DNA from: Nitratidesulfovibrio vulgaris str. Hildenborough
GTDB taxonomy: Bacteria > Desulfobacterota > Desulfovibrionia > Desulfovibrionales > Desulfovibrionaceae
DNA: 32,000 nucleotides
Reading direction: 5' to 3'
NCBI RefSeq assembly: GCF_000195755.1
Contig: NC_002937.3
Location: forward strand, 1,260,001-1,292,000
Made by a program: the position numbers and the translations under genes. Below are positions 27,102-32,000 of the stretch, in pieces (the stretch's first letter is position 1; every line of letters starts with the position of its first letter). A model generated the notes under the pieces. The model was not told the DNA's origin. It searched no databases and worked only from the letters and a program-made list of their open reading frames with translations.

Positions 27102-29574
27102 TGACGAGTTTCCCGGGGATGACCACCACCTTGCGCACCGTCACGCCTTCCAGATAGCGGAGGACGTTGGGTTCGTTGAGGGCGAGGGTCTCCACCTCTT
27201 CGCGCGACGCATCGGCGGGGATGTCGAGCTTGCCGCGCAGTTTGCCGTTGACCTGCACCACCAGCGTCACCGTATCGCGCACGAGGGCATCCTCCTTCCA
27301 GCGCGGCCACGGCAAGGTGCTGACGCTTTCGGTGTGGCCGAGAAGCGCCCAGAGTTCCTCGCTAAGGTGCGGCGTGAAGGGAGAGAGCAGCGTGAGCACG
27401 GTGGACACGGCGGAAGACAGTACCTTGCGACCGGATTCGTCTGCGACGAGTTCATCCTTGGCGAGATACAGGGCGTTGACCAGTTCCATGACAGCCGCGA
27501 TGGCCGTGTTGAACTGGAACCTGTCGTTGAGGTCGTCACCGGCCTTGCGGACGGTGGCATGTTCCTTGAGCCGCAGTTCACGCGCGACGGGTGTCTTCGC
27601 GTCCTCGGCGGTGCTGGAACAGGCGCCCACAGCCAGAAGGTGCTCGCGCAGTTCTTCGACAAGACGCCATACACGGCCCACGAAGCGGTACGAACCTTCG
27701 ATGCCGCTCTCGCTCCAGTCGAAGTCGCGCTCCGGCGGTGCAGCGAAGAGGCAGAAGAGGCGCACGGTGTCCGCGCCGTAGCGGGCTATCATCTCCGTGG
27801 GGTCGACGACGTTGCCCTTCGACTTGGACATCTTGCTGCCATCCATGAGCACCATGCCCTGCGTGAGCAGGTTGGCGAAGGGTTCATCGAGTTCGATGAA
27901 GCCGCAGTCGCGCAGTGCCTTGGTGAAGAAGCGGGAGTAGAGCAGGTGCAGGATGGCGTGTTCGACACCGCCGATGTACTGGTCCACGGGCAGCCAGTAG
28001 CGCAGGGCGTCAGGCGTGAAGGGCGCCTTGTCGTTGGTGGCGTCGGTGTACCGTGCGAAGTACCACGACGACTCGACGAAGGTGTCCATGGTGTCCGTCT
28101 CGCGCCGTGCCTTGCCGCCGCATACGGGGCAGGTGCACTCGTAGAATGCCGGAGTGTGCGGCAGCGGCGAGCGACCGTCATCGTGGGTCTTCACATCGAG
28201 CGGCAGCACCACGGGAAGGTTCTCTTCCTTCTCGGGCACCACGCCGCAGGCGTCGCAGTAGATGACGGGAATGGGCGCACCCCAGTAACGCTGGCGCGAG
28301 ATGTTCCAGTCGCGCAGGCGGTAGTTGATGGTGCGGCGTCCGTTGCCGGTGGTCTCAAGGTCGTCGGCGATGCGCTGCTTGGCGTCTTCGTTGGCAAGCC
28401 CGTCGAAGGCGCCGGAATTGACCAGCGCACCGGCTTCGGTCCATGCCGCAGACATGGTGGCGGGGTCGAGCGCTTCGCCCTGGGGCTGGATGACCACCTG
28501 CATGGGCAGGTCGTACTTGCGGGCGAATTCGAAGTCGCGCTGGTCATGGGCGGGAACGGCCATGACAGCCCCGGTTCCGTATTCGGCGAGAACGAAGTTG
28601 GCCACCCATATGGGCATCTTTCGGCCGGTGAAGGGGTTCACACAGTAGGCACCGGTGAACACTCCCTCCTTTTCGAGGGTGTCGGACTGGCGGTCGATGC
28701 GGTCCATGTTGCGGATGCGCTCGACGAAGGCTCGCACGTCATCAGCTTGCGGCTTGCCGTCGATGAGCTCTTCCACGAGCGGATGCTCGGGGGCGATGCT
28801 CATGAAGGTGGCACCGAAGATGGTGTCGGGGCGCGTGGTGAAGACGGTGATGGAGTCGTCGCGCCCGTCCAGCGCGAAACGTATCTCTGCACCCGTCGAC
28901 TTGCCAATCCAGTTGCGCTGCATGCTGAGGACGCGCTCGGGCCAGCCGTTCTCGAGCTTGGAAAGGTCGGCCAGAAGCTCTTCGGCATAGTCGGTGATGC
29001 GCAGGAACCACTGGGTGAGTTCCTTCTGTTCCACTGCGCTGTCACAGCGCCAGCACAGTCCTTCGATGACCTGCTCGTTGGCGAGCACGGTGTGGCACTT
29101 GGGGCACCAGTTCTGGGCCGCCTTCTTGCGGTAGACCAGACCCTTCTCGAGGAAGCGCAAGAAGAAGAGCTGCTCCCACCTGTAGTACTCGGGTGTGCAG
29201 GTGGCCACTTCGCGCTGCCAGTCGTAGGAGTAGCCAAGCCGTTTGAGCTGGCTGCGCATGTTGTCGATGTTGGCGAACGTCCACTTTGCAGGGTGGGTGC
29301 CGTTCTTGATGGCCGCGTTCTCGGCGGGCAGGCCGAAGGCGTCCCATCCCATGGGGTGAAGGACGTTGAAACCCTGCATGCGCTTGAAGCGCGCCACCAC
29401 GTCGCCGATGGAATAGTTGCGGACGTGCCCCATGTGGATGTTGCCCGAAGGGTAGGGGAACATCTCGAGCACATAGTACTTGGGCTTGTCGGCTTCGGTA
29501 TCGCACTGGAAGATGCCGCTGTCTTCCCACTTCTTCTGCCACCGGGTCTCGATGGACTGATGATCGTATTTCAT
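27085..29574 (-). CDS. leuS: Leucyl-tRNA synthetase.
   Basis: 829 aa with the HIGH-type motif (HMGHVRNY), the KMSKS motif and a typical LeuRS N-terminus ([10 protein letters not shown]). Confidence 0.95.
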   Translation of the reverse strand: MKYDHQSIETRWQKKWEDSGIFQCDTEADKPKYYVLEMFPYPSGNIHMGHVRNYSIGDVVARFKRMQGFNVLHPMGWDAFGLPAENAAIKNGTHPAKWTFANIDNMRSQLKRLGYSYDWQREVATCTPEYYRWEQLFFLRFLEKGLVYRKKAAQNWCPKCHTVLANEQVIEGLCWRCDSAVEQKELTQWFLRITDYAEELLADLSKLENGWPERVLSMQRNWIGKSTGAEIRFALDGRDDSITVFTTRPDTIFGATFMSIAPEHPLVEELIDGKPQADDVRAFVERIRNMDRIDRQSDTLEKEGVFTGAYCVNPFTGRKMPIWVANFVLAEYGTGAVMAVPAHDQRDFEFARKYDLPMQVVIQPQGEALDPATMSAAWTEAGALVNSGAFDGLANEDAKQRIADDLETTGNGRRTINYRLRDWNISRQRYWGAPIPVIYCDACGVVPEKEENLPVVLPLDVKTHDDGRSPLPHTPAFYECTCPVCGGKARRETDTMDTFVESSWYFARYTDATNDKAPFTPDALRYWLPVDQYIGGVEHAILHLLYSRFFTKALRDCGFIELDEPFANLLTQGMVLMDGSKMSKSKGNVVDPTEMIARYGADTVRLFCLFAAPPERDFDWSESGIEGSYRFVGRVWRLVEELREHLLAVGACSSTAEDAKTPVARELRLKEHATVRKAGDDLNDRFQFNTAIAAVMELVNALYLAKDELVADESGRKVLSSAVSTVLTLLSPFTPHLSEELWALLGHTESVSTLPWPRWKEDALVRDTVTLVVQVNGKLRGKLDIPADASREEVETLALNEPNVLRYLEGVTVRKVVVIPGKLVNVVVS

Positions 29575-29616
29575 GCCCGCATATTCCTTTGATTTCTCGT
29601 AGTGAAGGCTCCCCGG

Positions 29617-30078
29617 TCAGACGCGGGGTTTGAGCTGCCCGCCTTCGAGGGCCTTGGCTGCGGCATCGAGGATGCCGTTGATGAAACCGCGTGCGTTGGC
29701 GTCTCCGAATTGCTTCGATAGCTCAAGGGCCTCGTTGATGGCGACCTTGGGCGGGACGTCGATGCGGTAGAGCATTTCGTACACGGCGATGCGCAGGAGC
29801 GTGAGTTCGACCCTTCCGATGCGGTCGATGCGCCAATTCTGCGAGAAGAGGCCGATGACCTCGTCGATGTTCGCCTGTTCAGTCCAGATACCCTCGATGA
29901 GTTCCCACGCGAAGCCCTCCGGCTGCGGCGAGCGCCCCTTGTCGGCCACGTCGGGCGACGAGGCATAGGCTTCGCGCAACTGCTTCACCGAAGCGGCAGG
30001 CGAGAAACCGAGCCCGTAGAGTATCTGGAAGGCAAGTGCCCGCGCGGCCCGGCGGGAAGGGGTGCCTTTGGTCGTCAT
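29617..30078 (-). CDS. nusB: Transcription antitermination factor NusB.
   Basis: 153 aa with ARALAFQILY and a conserved helical pattern. It sits immediately after ribH, as in many bacteria. Confidence 0.9.
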   Translation of the reverse strand: MTTKGTPSRRAARALAFQILYGLGFSPAASVKQLREAYASSPDVADKGRSPQPEGFAWELIEGIWTEQANIDEVIGLFSQNWRIDRIGRVELTLLRIAVYEMLYRIDVPPKVAINEALELSKQFGDANARGFINGILDAAAKALEGGQLKPRV

Positions 30079-30081
30079 GGT

Positions 30082-30552
30082 CTACAGCTGCTCCATCACG
30101 CGCACGGTCTCGAGCACTGCGGCGGCGGCTTCGGCACCCTTGTTGCCTGCCTTGCTGCCGGCGCGTTCGATGGCCTGCTCGATGTTGTCGGTGGTCAGCA
30201 GGCCGAAGCCCAGCGGCACGCCGCTTTCGAGGCAGGCCTGTGCAAGGCCCTTCGAGGCTTCGTTGGACACGAAGTCGAAGTGGGGTGTGGCGCCGCGGAT
30301 GACCGCGCCGAGCGCGATGATGCCGTCATACTTGCCGCTGTGGGCCAGCTTCTTGGCTACGAGGGGCATCTCGAAGGCACCGGGAATGCGGACGATGGTG
30401 AGGTTCTCGCGGTCGCAACCGTGACGCTGGAGATAGTCACAGGCGCCGCCGATGAGACGGTCGACGATGAAGTCGTTGAAACGGGTGGCGACGATGGCGA
30501 ACTTGAGGCCCTTGGCGTCGAGCTGGCCTTCGATGGTCTTGATGTGCAGCAT
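30082..30552 (-). CDS. ribH: 6,7-dimethyl-8-ribityllumazine synthase.
   Basis: 156 aa with [18 protein letters not shown] and [17 protein letters not shown] motifs. Confidence 0.93.
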   Translation of the reverse strand: MLHIKTIEGQLDAKGLKFAIVATRFNDFIVDRLIGGACDYLQRHGCDRENLTIVRIPGAFEMPLVAKKLAHSGKYDGIIALGAVIRGATPHFDFVSNEASKGLAQACLESGVPLGFGLLTTDNIEQAIERAGSKAGNKGAEAAAAVLETVRVMEQL

Positions 30553-30683
30553 GGTTGCTCCTTTTCCGGGCTGGCCGGCGGCTGATATATGCGCCCCTTG
30601 CGGGGTTGCGGTCCTTCGGGCCGCGCTTCGGCCAATCTGGCCCGGCGCGGTGTGCAGACCCGTACGGGGCTGCGACGACGCCT

Positions 30684-31913
30684 CTAGGCGTCGCCTCCGT
30701 TCTCGTGGTGCTTCAGTTCAAGCAGGTGGCCCATCTTCTCCTTCTTGGTGCGCAGGTACTCTTCATTGAAGGCGCACGACTCGAGTTCGATGGGCACACG
30801 TTCGACGACTTCTATGCCGTAGCCTTCGAGGCCGACGATCTTCTTGGGGTTGTTGGTCATCATGCGCATCTTGCGCACCCCGAGGTCGACGAGAATCTGC
30901 GCACCGATTCCATAGTCGCGCAGGTCGGCCTTGAAGCCAAGCTTGTGGTTGGCCTCAACGGTGTCGTACCCTTGGTCCTGAAGCCCGTAGGCCTTGATCT
31001 TGTTGCCGAGGCCGATGCCGCGTCCTTCCTGGCGCATGTACAGCAGCACGCCCGACCCCTTGGCCGCAATCTGGCACAGTGCCGCGGCGAGCTGGCCGCC
31101 GCAGTCGCAACGCAACGAACCCAGCACGTCACCGGTGAGGCATTCGCTGTGCACGCGCACGAGCACGGGCTCGCTGGGCGAGATGTCACCCTTGACGAGG
31201 GCGATGTGGGTCTCGTCGTGCAGTTCGTTCTCGTAGGCGATGATCTGGAAATCGCCGTAGCGGGTGGGCATCTTGGCTTCACCCACGCGCTTCACCGAAA
31301 GAAGGCCCGACTGCATCCGGTAGCGGATGAGGTCCTTGATGGTGGCGATCTTCATGTTGTGCTTTTCGGCGAACTCGATGAGGTCGGGCATCCGCGCCAT
31401 CTCGCCATCTTCGCGCATGATTTCGCAGATGACTGCGGCAGGCTTGAGATTGGCGAGCTTGGCGAGGTCGACGCTACCCTCGGTCTGTCCGGCACGGACC
31501 ATGACCCCACCCTTCTGGGCACGAAGGGGGAAGATGTGACCGGGCGTGACGATGTCTTCGGCCTTCACGTCGTCGGCGACGGCGGTCAGGATGGTCGTGG
31601 CACGGTCGGCGGCGGAGATGCCGGTGGTGACACCGCGGCGCGCCTCGATGGAAACAGTGAAGTTGGTGCCGAACTTGGACTCGTTGCGGCGGGCCATCAG
31701 GGGCAGCTGTAGCTTGTCCACCCACTCGGGGGAGAGGGCCAGGCAGATGAGGCCGCGCCCGTGGGTGGCCATGAAGTTGATGACCTCGGGCGTGACGTGC
31801 TGCGCGGCGATGGTAAGGTCGCCTTCGTTTTCGCGGTCCTCGTCGTCGACGAGGATGATCATCTCGCCCTTGCGGATGGCGTCGATGGCCTCTTCGGCCT
31901 TGCAGATGGACAT
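30684..31913 (-). CDS. ribBA: Bifunctional 3,4-dihydroxy-2-butanone-4-phosphate synthase / GTP cyclohydrolase II.
   Basis: The N-terminal RibB domain ([11 protein letters not shown]) is followed by the RibA domain ([21 protein letters not shown]). Confidence 0.93.
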   Translation of the reverse strand: MSICKAEEAIDAIRKGEMIILVDDEDRENEGDLTIAAQHVTPEVINFMATHGRGLICLALSPEWVDKLQLPLMARRNESKFGTNFTVSIEARRGVTTGISAADRATTILTAVADDVKAEDIVTPGHIFPLRAQKGGVMVRAGQTEGSVDLAKLANLKPAAVICEIMREDGEMARMPDLIEFAEKHNMKIATIKDLIRYRMQSGLLSVKRVGEAKMPTRYGDFQIIAYENELHDETHIALVKGDISPSEPVLVRVHSECLTGDVLGSLRCDCGGQLAAALCQIAAKGSGVLLYMRQEGRGIGLGNKIKAYGLQDQGYDTVEANHKLGFKADLRDYGIGAQILVDLGVRKMRMMTNNPKKIVGLEGYGIEVVERVPIELESCAFNEEYLRTKKEKMGHLLELKHHENGGDA

Positions 31914-31944
31914 GTGGTACCTCGCTTATGTGAAGGGAAAAGGG

Positions 31945-32000
31945 CTAGAAGCCGTTCTCCCGCAAGAAATCCAGCGTGATGCGTCCGGAGGGCGCGTCCT
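31945..32000 (-). CDS. ribE: 3' end of the upstream rib-operon gene, probably the riboflavin synthase alpha chain. Partial; it continues beyond the window.
   Basis: A minus-strand frame ends ...ITLDFLRENGF with a TAG at 31947-31945, 31 nt before the ribBA start. The identity is inferred from operon context only. Confidence 0.4.
   Translation of the reverse strand, partial: DAPSGRITLDFLRENGF

Noticed and set aside
30553-30683. The possibility of an FMN (RFN) riboswitch or another regulatory RNA in the 131-nt ribBA-ribH spacer.
   Set aside because: None of the conserved RFN core segments I remember are present. The spacer shows only generic GC-rich hairpins. Any FMN element would more likely lie upstream of the operon, outside this window.
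1-32000. CRISPR arrays, tRNA or rRNA genes, IS elements, integrases and toxin-antitoxin pairs.
   Set aside because: I found no regularly spaced short repeats, no tRNA-like T-arm or acceptor patterns in the intergenic regions, and no transposase or integrase-like ORFs. The only repeat found is the 190-bp tandem gene duplication at the left edge.

Overview
This is a high-GC (roughly two-thirds G+C) bacterial chromosomal segment. Gene content and order resemble a Desulfovibrio-type sulfate reducer, but that is my recognition, not a search result. Most of the window is ordinary core genome. A long co-directional minus-strand block runs ribE(partial)-ribBA-ribH-nusB-leuS-lptE-holA-radC-acyP-lon. 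The plus strand carries murJ, cvpA, mazG, an AI-2E family permease and a PAS/GAF-GGDEF-EAL protein. Also present are a dCache/PAS chemoreceptor and a tungsten-type aldehyde:ferredoxin oxidoreductase (AOR). A minus-strand signalling operon encodes an HDOD protein, a GAF/PAS protein, a receiver-HD-GYP regulator and a MoaD/ThiS-like protein. I found no CRISPR array, rRNA, tRNA, transposase or integrase. I do not see a clear novel multi-gene system such as a defence island. Five things are worth a second look. (1) At the left edge, about 334 bp of ~37% GC DNA abuts a truncated copy of a tandemly duplicated small membrane-protein gene (190-bp repeats, 8 mismatches). This looks like the edge of foreign DNA inserted into a paralog. 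(2) A ~170-nt unit at about 4150-4320 (minus) has a promoter, GC-rich structure and an intrinsic terminator, and sits upstream of an 88-aa ORF. It is a candidate riboswitch, leader or sRNA that I cannot place in a known class. (3) The AOR gene is flanked by two beta-grasp (MoaD/ThiS-like) ORFs. One is a classic 74-aa GG-terminal carrier that is the last gene of the HD-GYP operon. The other is a beta-grasp domain fused to an unknown ~110-aa tail. (4) Four uncharacterised genes lie at 6446-8977. (5) Lon carries a ~90-aa acidic N-terminal extension, and its start overlaps the acyP stop as ATGA. Several ORF-track entries needed start-codon trimming; the evidence is given per feature.
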